The notes under the pieces were generated by a model. That model did not search any database, was not told the DNA's origin, and was given only the letters and a program-made list of their open reading frames with translations. From a virus (lineage: Duplodnaviria > Caudoviricetes): a stretch of 64,000 nucleotides of DNA. The number at the start of each line of letters is the position of its first letter. Position 1 is the first letter of the stretch. The stretch covers positions 32,001 to 96,000 of IMG/VR virus record IMGVR_UViG_3300033066_001283; one strand, written 5' to 3'. This document shows, piece after piece, positions 42,401 through 51,561 of the stretch. The translations under genes were made by a program, and so were the position numbers.

Positions 42401-44538
42401 GATTGAAATTCTAAAGCTACAGGCATAACAAAATCTACACCCAATAGGTTAAAGATTTCATTATTGATCAACATTAATGGTGAGCCCTTATCACCAGCAT
42501 GCGTACTTTCTTTACCTATAGTTGAGAACTTATTGAGAACTTTAGAAATTGCTCTTTCATCAAACTCTTCCTTTAAAGCTTCTAGCTTTTGTTTTGCTTC
42601 TTTACCAAAGCATTTCCCTTCAATTATAAAGTTAGCAGAGATTCCACCCATATACTGATGAATAGGAAGAGGATCATATCTATTATTAAACATAGCCAGA
42701 TTATGACCTCTGCCACCAGATATTCTTTCTACCACTATCTCATCATTAACAGTATCTGCTCCTGAGATGTTAAACAGAATTGATCTTTCAATATCATTAA
42801 TAAAACTCTCACGCAATAGTTCTGCTACATCAACATGGGATATTCCCTGTCTTTTATCAATCTTGCTAATAGCATTAGTAACATCATTTAAAAGTGTTGA
42901 ATCTTTACCATCAGTTCTAAAAACTATACCAAAATAATCCTGTGGATTCTTGGCCATATTGTCAATTTTAGGTTTAACAACATTGATCCATTCTGTGTAC
43001 CCAAGTGGTTGATCTATAGTTCCACCTAAATCACCAGAGCCAGGGGGAGTACCATTAGTAATATTATACTCTCTTAAGACTGCAGTTTGAATTTGTTCAT
43101 ATAGACTTCTAGGATCAGTGGCATTAACTTCAACTATGTTGTCTGGATCAGACTCAATAGATGCTCTCTGAATAGCTGTTGGGAATGTTTCTGAGATAAA
43201 TGAGGAGGTAACGTGTGCTGAGTTAGGTAAGAAATTACCATTCTCATCTGCATATGTCATTCCAATAAACTTAGACCATTGGACTAAACCAATATAGATT
43301 CCAGGAGACTTAATTGACCCTGTGTATTTAACCCCTCTTGCATCTTCAGTTGCAATGCCAGTAAACTGAGAGAATAGAGCTGGATCTTGAATTTTTAAAA
43401 CATAGTATTTAGTACCAAGTTTAGTATCCTTGGTCCAATCGATCTTCTTAACATTAGGAGAAGTAACGCCATTATCCGTATTTTTTAACAGGCTTTGAAG
43501 TGAAGTTAAGGTATTAAGATCAATATAGCTTCCCTTCGTATCAGCCTTATTAATAATTGTATCAATAGAATTAGCAAATCCTGGACTGGAAAAGCTAAAT
43601 GACATCTTCCCATCAAATATTGAGTTAGGAGAATACCTACTAGTATTTCTAGTTTTACACCAAAGTTTAAACAATGGCCAACATATCATATCATCCATTT
43701 TCCATCGATGAATATTCTTTTTATCATCGTGGTATGGTGGGGTATAATACTCGTAGTTAAATGGATCAAACGCAATATCAACTATGATGGTATTAGGAAA
43801 ACCATCTAATGTGGAAATAGCAAAGTTCTTAACAGCAATAGCCTTACATGGAATATCTCCTCTTTCATCCGGCTTCCCAAAGGGACCACCATCAACAGTC
43901 AAGAATGGAGTTAAGCTTATTTGTTCGAGGATTTCTTGAACAGAAGCGATCTCAGCTGGGCCATTAGCCGTAAAACTAATATTAAAAGTCTCATAGGATC
44001 TCCCTGTTCCCATTTTCAGTGTACCAACCTGCCGCATAGCAGGGGTTTCCGATAAAGAGGTTCTCCTCATCTGTTTGATGAAGTTTACATTATTTTTGAA
44101 TATCGCATACCCTATCCTAATTTCATCATCAGCAAGGGGTCTATTTGCAATTGGAGTAAAGAATGGTAAAGTAATCTTCTTATACTCTGAGTGTCCTGTA
44201 TCCGTGTCACTAAGCTTTGAGATATCTGAGAATGCTAAAATCTTAGTAACTTCTCCTGATTCATTAAAAGTTAATCTAAATTTTCTTCCGTCTGAGAAAG
44301 ACACATTTCTGGAGTCCATCTTAGACATACCATTTAACTTATAGTTTTCAGTATCAGTTAAGCCAATTTCTTTACTCCAACTTTGTGGAGAATAGCTAGT
44401 ACTAATTCTATATACACTATTGACCGCAGATACTCTAGCCCCATCAACAACATATCCAGAAATGATTGCTTGTTCTACTGAATTTTGAATACGCCATTCA
44501 ATCTTATTTAATACTATCTGAACATCTTGGTTAATCAT
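36406..44538 (-). CDS. Giant (2710 aa) baseplate hub/central tail-tip protein
   Basis: GARLHVRMGYG...VVFNGQV...VTAVGDG hub (gp27/gpD-like) motif; degenerate SLT-like segment; C-terminal coiled-coil and hydrophobic helices; lies upstream of the lysins and gp25. Confidence 0.6.
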   Translation of the reverse strand: MINQDVQIVLNKIEWRIQNSVEQAIISGYVVDGARVSAVNSVYRISTSYSPQSWSKEIGLTDTENYKLNGMSKMDSRNVSFSDGRKFRLTFNESGEVTKILAFSDISKLSDTDTGHSEYKKITLPFFTPIANRPLADDEIRIGYAIFKNNVNFIKQMRRTSLSETPAMRQVGTLKMGTGRSYETFNISFTANGPAEIASVQEILEQISLTPFLTVDGGPFGKPDERGDIPCKAIAVKNFAISTLDGFPNTIIVDIAFDPFNYEYYTPPYHDDKKNIHRWKMDDMICWPLFKLWCKTRNTSRYSPNSIFDGKMSFSFSSPGFANSIDTIINKADTKGSYIDLNTLTSLQSLLKNTDNGVTSPNVKKIDWTKDTKLGTKYYVLKIQDPALFSQFTGIATEDARGVKYTGSIKSPGIYIGLVQWSKFIGMTYADENGNFLPNSAHVTSSFISETFPTAIQRASIESDPDNIVEVNATDPRSLYEQIQTAVLREYNITNGTPPGSGDLGGTIDQPLGYTEWINVVKPKIDNMAKNPQDYFGIVFRTDGKDSTLLNDVTNAISKIDKRQGISHVDVAELLRESFINDIERSILFNISGADTVNDEIVVERISGGRGHNLAMFNNRYDPLPIHQYMGGISANFIIEGKCFGKEAKQKLEALKEEFDERAISKVLNKFSTIGKESTHAGDKGSPLMLINNEIFNLLGVDFVMPVALEFQSTDQQPNVWNFSFNLIDYDVALKKAERVQFLPTTFNSMNRVAEYGFNSDPNWNPILQKGLEWFSLQGALAEQEVYPDMQLPTKNELYFWVNTLRMIATEYKKNKWATVTGIEALTLKLTPEEQVIFEHCREFIERDYNLIATWDDAPSAYSQALPGARVDPDFYCYYGAKDSFQHAFHIVATDQFGKFNNVGEASGKTDKTDFYTEYSPEYGISSVEMPEYLAVNKNHIDPENTYNTRMFNADKNGDKLLVPNVKEVIKTNVTQPLDDRAVEGSWWVDLQSDAAKKSESIIIAKEADKELAKGPNANLQDPNSQSPKSNITTTRYFSYAWRSAFAKLSASAPISIPNTDRFLGIGREYAVANKEFSGLTTDGGTRKVEMSEIAKIDVSDIEKAVLSSFQSNENFNPIPDIDAGVAKRSSWVYYNAINNRWFQSGNGVDEDYKLFNRKGKEFNIDPHILRAVFLARDNYGQYRINKPNNTEAFGDFASNILIDDDTDKDVLQKGGQPAKELILDKFCERYKAYQSYFNNIPSIVLMATMMWFDPNCSTYRDENEIKSSIIEDIKNKIKDYDLSDKGANIIAEILNTYDRAGVYVDVFYSTYINLCRVYGAYVDFEAKDPYFFGLSPLVLFTDDYALEDKPKYFDTSFFPSKKRGKIYTDTAKAYPIYADAAAAGLNNDQDPKEALRILISQTKKLKSALDPSTEVAIGGALLDMQKYSPFGRLVGAFPSFSVLIINEGWYWNAGNKRLWDHFYTRTGIASIDVFKSRHQAASTCSVTFSNMFYYLTSYAQQEAMQQDLFVRKNERTGKEISDGALVNVVRHLFSEVIVKDVPQEVIKIWRENQLKQLVLTTGARLHVRMGYGCDASALPVVFNGQVVEAPVQEGYLTVTAVGDGAELEKQATTKLTQANGSYAYSDGAFGGAGKDPSSIVVESILGPNIVTNIFGGNFRDFSSGIAHFGEVYYGQNFLHHPAEMQINIYSSAPSKLEQGLPAFEMFNFVLGLTTYNNDRNLFSVDVHEPSPWKVIEVCRRATHEFVASPEPFCTRSTLFFGKWWYPYHYTYDESILSVPAENLKLDTNVKTPNSNDGPNGTPVSKGYIPFIPFSTLTGMPFSDANPPTNQEAIKALGSEIDTIAALLPRIYSNIENAQKGKEYLYVNLVRVTSNEIADYTNSIDAFGGGSLSRNARQLASLTTIFNLQLKHGQILKYDSRSKSLTLQGEVSYGGTNVLSNGAVTEATATTKVDGKELVLPDFDKIDFVRDVNELVTHLKYKPYMQMYIASSAINLLDVNIIADSSNMATDAIGLHSWSGFGTKEAAVKTITYSLDCDITQSDRKTMLVDTGINLTQTQAGWEGIANTLAKGISYLPVVGGLLAKEAQEYFSASPTTPAINNGVINALLDSVKEMYQGWFTMLGCASIKPRDLIEFSDHIYDLRGPVLVKEVIHRMDAQTGFITMVSPDAVVLPANSLVGKSHVISLSTFGTRLMHYMAMRIMWASTVGQIKGKLNRKAQFKKIGNTNQYDALLHKAKNTNIKDQYLVEYKKASKEALEKKLKVLTDKDKSKLKAEDRVKITKQIDELRQKSIEIDRATEIKAVADINTGIGISPTVKAANVEDQVLFDIIKADERLKIKVDEYKAQAKRGVFRTLFNSEAEALEAINKYEASEKSLFITLNQGGIVTANPYSADEIAEASKWIQTNLSNDGIKNIVGNAAKEAEMSRNIGIIRTSDIAVRDAKEGEFLISSGTNVRTALQILKDSGAELAMVNRIGNAQTPLQIVEESFSLLTFPLKAAGQVITTAEDAAVSESSVVGGIKKIYKWQEEVRAMAKEGEGIDKAAARARALEKVTTDLKKLATDSWEIGKDLYAGGRLVGYAGPQAIISFAIDATKLIIGNALIEGFNARLAARKVGIIYPLRAGRLPFTAGIRGHQGAVVGDTPSWADKLIHNYLDPSAGAGWIPFASATIASFLGVKPPEFVEHPADRAYMKSLEEDNETNAGIQRSH

Positions 44539-45260
44539 AATTTAAAGTGTCGGGGGTGATTGTAGTGGGTGTTAAGAGAACCTGTAAAAGTAAGATCAAG
44601 ATTCTTATTTCCTAGTACTAATGGAGAGTGATTATTACCCTTACCACTCTTTCCAGCATCATTATCTAAAGTAGAGGACATTCCAGCTGGATGTAAATAT
44701 GCTTTCCTTCTATGAGCTTTATCCATAACACGCTTAATAGTATTATGAATAATAGGAACAGACATAGCTCCTACTAGTAGACCAAACGTTTTAGGTGATA
44801 ATAATCTTGCAACATTGGGATTATTCTTTCTAAGTTTGGTAACTGTATCTTTCATCTTTAAAAGTTCAGTAGAAAGAGTTTTGCTTGCTAAATGCCTTTC
44901 TAGGCTCTCTAATCCTAGTCCCCCTAGATTCTCTGCCCCCTTAGCTATAATGCTTGCTCCTGCGGCAACTAGGGCAGCGGAAGACACTATTCTACCACTG
45001 CTCATAGACCTTGAACCTTTCTTAGTATCCATAGCTGCGCCTAACGCAAAATAGCCAGCGAATAAAGGAGCAGGAGTATTTAGAAATACGTGTGAGGCAA
45101 TAGTAACTCCACCAAATAATGCCATAGCAGAGTTGTAATCTTTATTGTGGCTGTAGAATGGATGTTTTCTTACATGGGTTCTATGAATCTTTGGAGCAGC
45201 AATCTTTGATACAGTTCCTGCGGCTAGAAATCCTAGCCCTGCCATCATCAATCCTTCCAT
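44535..45260 (-). CDS. Ala/Gly-rich hydrophobic protein; putative membrane-interacting virion/ejection protein
   Basis: Several small-residue hydrophobic helices separated by basic stretches. Confidence 0.45.
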   Translation of the reverse strand: MEGLMMAGLGFLAAGTVSKIAAPKIHRTHVRKHPFYSHNKDYNSAMALFGGVTIASHVFLNTPAPLFAGYFALGAAMDTKKGSRSMSSGRIVSSAALVAAGASIIAKGAENLGGLGLESLERHLASKTLSTELLKMKDTVTKLRKNNPNVARLLSPKTFGLLVGAMSVPIIHNTIKRVMDKAHRRKAYLHPAGMSSTLDNDAGKSGKGNNHSPLVLGNKNLDLTFTGSLNTHYNHPRHFKL

Positions 45261-48200
45261 TATATACCCTTCCTCATTATATCTCTGGCAGTAGTTCTAT
45301 GATCCCTATTTCTGTTATCTTCAATATAAGTATAATTATTTCTTATATCAAACTCAGAATCAAACATATTATAGACATTTCTGACTAGCTCTTCTTGATG
45401 CCTCTTAGACTCTACAAATCCTTCGAAGGTAATGTCTATTCTGAATGGATCAGTACTTCCATTCCACACAGCCATCTTATCAGGATCTCCTGGGATCTCA
45501 CTATTCTTAATAATAGGATCTATACCTGTTTTTCTACTTGTTTTCCCTTGAGAGAAATCAGGCTTTGGATTAATTCCTGCTGATAAAGCTATTGCAGCAG
45601 AAAGTGCCATTAAAGGTTTTGCAAACTTAGCAGACCCTAATGGAGCTTCTATTCTACTTTGAGAGATCATGGTAGCTTGAAGCTTCTTTCCAATATCTTC
45701 CTGTATAGTTTTAGTAGTAAGATTAACTGCTGTAGTTACTTGTTTAACATTCTCACCTTTGGGAATTCCAGCTTGATGCATTGCTGCTTCCACAGTTTGC
45801 CTTGCCGCTTCTTCTATATGCAAATGCTGCTCAATTCCAGTAAACAATTCTAATCCAGTAGCACCATTATCCCTATTCTGCTGTATATGATTTCTAACAT
45901 TTTCCCAAATATCTCCAATCTTAGCTTCTAGATTATTCTCAAATCTACGCCTATTAGCCATAATACCTTGTTCACTCTCATTAGCAAACGCAGCATCATT
46001 TAACACTATAGAAGAATATTCAATTGCCTGAATTTTCTGAGCGTAGTTACTAATCTCCTCTTCACTTCTCTTTCCAAAGATATGATCTAGGGCTCCAGGA
46101 GCTCCATTTCTAGCAGCATTAAAATACTGTTTAATTCTTTTATTACCTGTTCCAGCAATTCTATTATTTATAGATTCATTTTGACCACTATGAACTGCTT
46201 CAGCTACTAAACTCTCCATTCCTTCAGAAGTAGAAATTTTCTGTTGAAGCTGTCTAATAGTTTTAATATGTGGATTATCTGTATAATCCCAACCCATATC
46301 AGCAATAGCATCTTTCCAAGCTTTTAAGTTACTTCCAAATCCTCTCTCACCTGCTAGTGTGGTTGAAGCTTCATGTAATTTATCAGCTTCCTCTTCACTT
46401 AATCCAAAGAATCTATAGTCTACCTTATTATTCTCGGCAATAACTTTATTAGTTAATTCTCGTACACCATCAAGAAGAGCTTTAGGACCTAATTGAACTG
46501 AAGTATTTAATCCTCCTGATGTAACTCCTAACCCTTCAACAGCCTTACCAGCTAATCCAAGTGTAATTCTAGGTACAGTTGTAATTTCTTTCTCAAATCC
46601 ACCATCTTTCAACCTCTGCATTAATCTTGAGAAGCCATCGAAGTAACCTAGAACACTAGATATTTCATTCTCAGGATCACTACTAACCTTAGCTAACATT
46701 TCTCCATATTTACTACCCAAGAACTGACCATATTCACTTGATGTTAAAGCCTTGTGAGCTTGTGTTCCAGGGATAGCATCTGCTAATTTATATGTGAGTA
46801 ACTTATGCTGAGGACCCTCTTCTATACCTTTTGAAAGTAAGAAATCTGATGCAAATCTCTCTATAGCATCCTGTCTCTCTAATGGATGAGTAGGAAGTGG
46901 ATGTGAAGCAAGTTTTCTTTGGTATTCAGGAAGTAATGCTTGAGCTTTTCTATCTGCATGAAAATTAAAGACAGTATGTGGACCAAATTCATTAATCATT
47001 TCACGATCCCACTCACCTGTAGGATCTTGGAAAGTCTTATTAAAAGGATTTAAACCACGAAGCTTTCTTGCTCCAACATCTTGGTTAATTTCATTATATC
47101 TTTCTATTAAATCATCAGTCCATGGAGTAGCACCATTAGTAAGCTTCGCTCCTAAGTGTGAAGCTGATAAACCACTTAGATTAATATAATTACCAGTGCC
47201 TTTTAACCCTCCATCTAGTTTCATTTCTTCTAACAATGCTGAGAAATGGGATCCATGGGTGTAAACACCATGATTTTTAATGATCATTCCGTAGGTTCTA
47301 GAGATTGGATTCTCATCTAAGTAGACCATAGATTGCACGTCTTTCAGTTCATCAACATTTTCTAAGAACCGTGATTTCATCTTAGCTAATAGTTCATGTG
47401 CTTGTTGAACGTCATATTTAGCCTCATGTTGATGTCGCAATTGACTTAATGGAGTATTTAATTCATCTAAAGCTAAAGTTTCTTGTCTGAGATTTCCTAG
47501 TCTATGCCCTGCTAATTGTGGAATTATTTCAATGTTAAATAATCGATTATGGTAGATATCTGTTAATTCATGTCTTAGAAGAGCAATTCTATCTCTATGA
47601 TCAATAAGACCATCATCCATAATATCTAATTGTTGTAACATAGTTTCAAGGTCAAAATTACCTTTGGTACCAATTACTTCAAACCCACTCATATGATGAA
47701 TAAGTTCTTCAAACTTGTTAAGATAAGCCTCATTGAATCTAACTCTTTTCTGTCCAACATGGTCAAATATTTGGTTATCAGCAGTAGCTAAGTTTGCTTG
47801 ATGAATAAAAGGTAATCCATTAGCAGAAATAGTTTCAAGGTCCAAAATAGCTGAAGATTCAGGATTACTATAATACTTTTTCGCTAGAGCTAATTGATGA
47901 TCTAGTGGTAGATCTAGATCTGAACCAAACACAAATGGTGTATCTTTAACTGATTTAAAAGCAATACTAGTACTTAATCTAGCTTCTTCAAACACTTCAG
48001 CAGGGAATGAAGGCTTATGCCAATTTCCTGTATGAATAACTGAAGCTTGTTCAAGAGCTTTATTTTTATTCAAAATCTCTGCTTTAGTTCCTAAAGTTTT
48101 AATATTAATTTCATTACCATCTACAGAATGAGCAAAAATCTGTACACCTTCTGGAGCTTGATTTAAAATATCTGATAGACTTTTACTAGATATCTCATTC

Positions 48201-49681
48201 TTATTAGGACCTCTGAATCTAAAGTATGACTCATCATTTTGATCAAACTGGGTCGGTACAAATTCCCTTCGCCTAATCTCATAATTGGAACCACTAAGGT
48301 CAACCTCTTTTAATAGATCTCTCTTATTTTCTTGATGGAACTGAAAAGCTGAATCTAAATCAACAACTTTATCGTCAAATACTATATTATTGAAAGTTTC
48401 TGCAGGTATAAAGAGTCTCCTATCCTGATGAGTTTTAAGTATCCTCTCCATTAACCCTTTATTGACAGTAGACACTTCACCTTTATATCTAACTTTCTTC
48501 CCTCTCAATAGATCCATTAGATATTCTGGATTTGCAGCCACCAAACTATCTGTTTCAGCAATCCTATTAAATGGCTTAGCATTTCTATAAAATAGGTTAG
48601 AGAATCTTACTGATGAAGATCTATTATATGTTGTATTAGCAATTTGGCCATACGCTCCCATTCTCCTGGAAACAATATTATCTCTCACTCTAATAAGAAG
48701 GTCATGAATTCCATGCTTCTCAGTAGTTTCAGAAAGAGTATGATTTAAGAGTCTATTACCGCCTCTGGTACTTTTACCTTTCTTCACCCTAGCTTGAAGT
48801 CTTATAGCCGCTTCTCTTGCAGACTTACCTAAATGTGTTGCATGTGGCCCAAGAGCTTCCATATAAGCCTGGGCAGTTCTAGCAGTTGGATCAGTACTAA
48901 CTCCAGGATGATACTCTCCTAAATTCCCACCGAAGAAGGATTTGAAGAGTGATTTCATAGGACTCCATTCACCAGTAACTGTTTTATTACTAGGCATGTG
49001 AGCTTTTGTATGATCAAATAATCCTACAGATCTTGCTTTAACTAGCCCTTGGAATGCTCCACCATCAGTAAGTAACGCTTCAATAAAAGTCTGTGGTGCT
49101 CTGGAATGAGGAACTTTAGAATTTCTAAGTCTTTCTGAGGAATAAGCCTTGATAAATTCTTCAACATACTCAGGAGTTATTTCTTTAGATACATTTTCAA
49201 GAAGCAGTGCTCTAAGATATCCTGGGTCTGCTCTTTCATAACTAGTAAGATCAAACCCCATTACTAGTTCTCTAGCTAAGTCAACTAGCTCTTTACTAAC
49301 TCTAGCACTTCTATCAGGATCGATAGAACCAATCATATGAAAAAGATCTTGGAGAGGTTGTTGTTCTTCTATCCCAATAATAGCTTCAACATTTTCTGGT
49401 GGAATACATCGCTTCGTATCCTCTTCAGCTATTTTCATAGCCTGTTCTGGTGTATTACCACTAGGGTTAGTTCTTAGCGTTGTGAAGATTTCTTCAAAAT
49501 GTGAAGTTGAAGTAACATTAACTGTGGTTAAGTTCTTGTTATGAAGGTAGATTAGGTATAATAATGCTGCACCAGTTTCAGTAGTCGCAACTGAGGACTG
49601 AATCACATAATCAGTTTTAGTCTTCTTATCCCTAATTAATGTGCCGGGTTCATAATTGGGAGTCCCTAATCCTTTTGCCAT
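45260..49681 (-). CDS. 1473-aa protein with an internal DEDDh (DnaQ-like) 3'-5' exonuclease domain
   Basis: ExoI ILDLET, ExoII GNFDL, ExoIII HEAKYDV (about 47390-47860); helical remainder with a hydrophobic C-terminal helix. Confidence 0.65.
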   Translation of the reverse strand: MAKGLGTPNYEPGTLIRDKKTKTDYVIQSSVATTETGAALLYLIYLHNKNLTTVNVTSTSHFEEIFTTLRTNPSGNTPEQAMKIAEEDTKRCIPPENVEAIIGIEEQQPLQDLFHMIGSIDPDRSARVSKELVDLARELVMGFDLTSYERADPGYLRALLLENVSKEITPEYVEEFIKAYSSERLRNSKVPHSRAPQTFIEALLTDGGAFQGLVKARSVGLFDHTKAHMPSNKTVTGEWSPMKSLFKSFFGGNLGEYHPGVSTDPTARTAQAYMEALGPHATHLGKSAREAAIRLQARVKKGKSTRGGNRLLNHTLSETTEKHGIHDLLIRVRDNIVSRRMGAYGQIANTTYNRSSSVRFSNLFYRNAKPFNRIAETDSLVAANPEYLMDLLRGKKVRYKGEVSTVNKGLMERILKTHQDRRLFIPAETFNNIVFDDKVVDLDSAFQFHQENKRDLLKEVDLSGSNYEIRRREFVPTQFDQNDESYFRFRGPNKNEISSKSLSDILNQAPEGVQIFAHSVDGNEINIKTLGTKAEILNKNKALEQASVIHTGNWHKPSFPAEVFEEARLSTSIAFKSVKDTPFVFGSDLDLPLDHQLALAKKYYSNPESSAILDLETISANGLPFIHQANLATADNQIFDHVGQKRVRFNEAYLNKFEELIHHMSGFEVIGTKGNFDLETMLQQLDIMDDGLIDHRDRIALLRHELTDIYHNRLFNIEIIPQLAGHRLGNLRQETLALDELNTPLSQLRHQHEAKYDVQQAHELLAKMKSRFLENVDELKDVQSMVYLDENPISRTYGMIIKNHGVYTHGSHFSALLEEMKLDGGLKGTGNYINLSGLSASHLGAKLTNGATPWTDDLIERYNEINQDVGARKLRGLNPFNKTFQDPTGEWDREMINEFGPHTVFNFHADRKAQALLPEYQRKLASHPLPTHPLERQDAIERFASDFLLSKGIEEGPQHKLLTYKLADAIPGTQAHKALTSSEYGQFLGSKYGEMLAKVSSDPENEISSVLGYFDGFSRLMQRLKDGGFEKEITTVPRITLGLAGKAVEGLGVTSGGLNTSVQLGPKALLDGVRELTNKVIAENNKVDYRFFGLSEEEADKLHEASTTLAGERGFGSNLKAWKDAIADMGWDYTDNPHIKTIRQLQQKISTSEGMESLVAEAVHSGQNESINNRIAGTGNKRIKQYFNAARNGAPGALDHIFGKRSEEEISNYAQKIQAIEYSSIVLNDAAFANESEQGIMANRRRFENNLEAKIGDIWENVRNHIQQNRDNGATGLELFTGIEQHLHIEEAARQTVEAAMHQAGIPKGENVKQVTTAVNLTTKTIQEDIGKKLQATMISQSRIEAPLGSAKFAKPLMALSAAIALSAGINPKPDFSQGKTSRKTGIDPIIKNSEIPGDPDKMAVWNGSTDPFRIDITFEGFVESKRHQEELVRNVYNMFDSEFDIRNNYTYIEDNRNRDHRTTARDIMRKGI

Positions 49682-49685
49682 TAAT

Positions 49686-49718
49686 AAAAATAGAGCAGGA
49701 GGGTTAGTCCTGCTCTAT
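49686..49718 (-). terminator. Rho-independent terminator
   Basis: Perfect 11-bp stem ATAGAGCAGGA/TCCTGCTCTAT with a 7-nt loop, then a T-tract on the minus strand. Confidence 0.8.
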
Positions 49719-49729
49719 CAAAGGAGTAG

Positions 49730-49984
49730 TTATTCTTCTATTGATCTAGAGTGCCGAGCTAGATCAGCTTCCTTTAAAGTTTGAATCCTAGCCTTCTTCT
49801 TGCCCTTCTTATTAGTGTATCCACCATTAGTTCTAGCAATGTATAAAAGCCTCAATCTATTTAGTTCTCTGCTTTCTTTCTTAAACTTCTCTTCATCAAT
49901 CTCACCCTTAGAAAGTAAGTCTTCTAAAGCAGCAATCTCTTTAGTTATATCTGGTGATCCATTATTAATTTTACCGTAATTCAT
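49730..49984 (-). CDS. Small protein with SHOCT-like helix pair (start revised to 49984)
   Basis: EIAALEDLLSKGEIDEEKFKKESREL; the ATG overlaps the upstream TAA. Confidence 0.55.
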   Translation of the reverse strand: MNYGKINNGSPDITKEIAALEDLLSKGEIDEEKFKKESRELNRLRLLYIARTNGGYTNKKGKKKARIQTLKEADLARHSRSIEE

Positions 49985-50298
49985 TATTGTCCTCCTAGAC
50001 AGGAACATCCTGTACAATTACACGTCTCATCACATTTGCAGCTATCCTCTTCTTCCCATACTTCAATCTCTGAAGGATCTTTTTCTGATAAGAGAATATA
50101 GCCTGTTCCATTTACACGCTTATTTAAGGCTCTATAAGCATACTGTTTTAGTTGTAGAAATTCAGCTAGCTCTTTATTTGAGCTTAAGTCAAGATCTTCT
50201 CCTTCAATATGCTCATGAATATGAAACTTATCTTCACTCTTCTCAACAGTTACTACAACTGTCTGATTCTTATAGCTAAACTTAATTCCGTATCTCAT
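49984..50298 (-). CDS. Hypothetical protein with Cys-rich C-terminus
   Basis: Ends SCKCDETCNCTGCSCLGGQ. Confidence 0.65.
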   Translation of the reverse strand: MRYGIKFSYKNQTVVVTVEKSEDKFHIHEHIEGEDLDLSSNKELAEFLQLKQYAYRALNKRVNGTGYILLSEKDPSEIEVWEEEDSCKCDETCNCTGCSCLGGQ

Positions 50299-50470
50299 CT
50301 ACTTGCTCCTCAATAATCTCTCGTATCTTGGCAATATCTTCATCTGATAAGGGAAGTTCAGATTCAACATTAATTGTTTTCTTAATCTTCTTGGTCGCTT
50401 CTTTAATTGCCTTCATCACTCGCTTAGGATTCATACCCTTAACATCTATCTCTATAACTACTTCATCCAT
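50282..50470 (-). CDS. Small hypothetical protein
   Basis: 62 aa, charged, TAATG-coupled to the phosphoesterase gene. Confidence 0.6.
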   Translation of the reverse strand: MDEVVIEIDVKGMNPKRVMKAIKEATKKIKKTINVESELPLSDEDIAKIREIIEEQVDEIRN

Positions 50471-51558
50471 TATCTTATTCCTATTAGTTCTGTCTTGCTA
50501 AGATTGGTAAGCCCATCTTCAACATACAACGCTACATATCCTACTGTAGGTGGTCTATATCTACCATGACCCTCAATTTGATATTCCATCACTTTACACA
50601 TACATCCTGTATTCAGTAATAGTCTACCTTTAGGTGTGTATTCCATACTGAGGAAATGAGAATGGGCTTGTGTAATAACGTTAACATCATCTTCAAAGTT
50701 GAGAATATGATCCCACTGATTAATCCATCCTTCTAACTTTCTAACAGCATCTTGACCACAGAAGTTATTGAAGTGCCCAAATAAGCAGTCATTTAAGATT
50801 CCACAATAGTCCATCTCTATATTCTCATCTACGATAAGATTATTGGAGTCTGGTATGGCGACACTGATAACTTCAACATTCTTGAACTTAGAAGCAAGAA
50901 GATCAATTGGATCAACTATCAGTGGTAGTATTTCAGGCATAATATCCTGAAGTTTCTTAGTTACTCTATGATCATGATTACCTTTAATCATGTAAATCTT
51001 ATCAAATTTATTAGCAAGCTTCTCGAGATGTGTAAGTGCAATAGCAAGCTCTTCAGAAACTCTATATCTATCTGAAGTTTTTCTGAATCTACTAGCTGCA
51101 TACATATCTAAGAAGTCTCCCACAATTACTAAAGTACTTGCTGGATCTTCTAGCAATTTAGCAAATGCTTTCTCATTTACAAATGGGAAATGAAAATCTC
51201 CTGCAACTGCAATTCGATTCTTATCATTCTTAGTCTTAAATGGTGTTGATTTAGGAAGCTTACCTAAAATCTTATCCAATGATTCTGACGCTTTCTCTAC
51301 AAAACTAGAATATGAGTTAGATTGATGCTTATCATTAACAGTAACATCTGAATTCCTATAGTCTTTCCATAGACTTGCCAATGCTCTTCCTGCATCTAAT
51401 TCTGTAGAGAAGACATTAGTTTTAACAAGTCTAGCTTTAATATGATCTACTGCCTTCTTAGCTTGTTTACTAAGATAGTAATCTGAGGCGGCAGCTACAG
51501 GAATATCTCTCTCCTCAGCTAATTCAATAAGTTTATTCGGTATAATTATCTCTTTCAT
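50470..51558 (-). CDS. Calcineurin-like metallophosphoesterase
   Basis: GDFHFP, VGDFLD, KGNHD, GH and AHSH metal-binding motifs. Confidence 0.88.
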   Translation of the reverse strand: MKEIIIPNKLIELAEERDIPVAAASDYYLSKQAKKAVDHIKARLVKTNVFSTELDAGRALASLWKDYRNSDVTVNDKHQSNSYSSFVEKASESLDKILGKLPKSTPFKTKNDKNRIAVAGDFHFPFVNEKAFAKLLEDPASTLVIVGDFLDMYAASRFRKTSDRYRVSEELAIALTHLEKLANKFDKIYMIKGNHDHRVTKKLQDIMPEILPLIVDPIDLLASKFKNVEVISVAIPDSNNLIVDENIEMDYCGILNDCLFGHFNNFCGQDAVRKLEGWINQWDHILNFEDDVNVITQAHSHFLSMEYTPKGRLLLNTGCMCKVMEYQIEGHGRYRPPTVGYVALYVEDGLTNLSKTELIGIR

Positions 51559-51561
51559 TAT

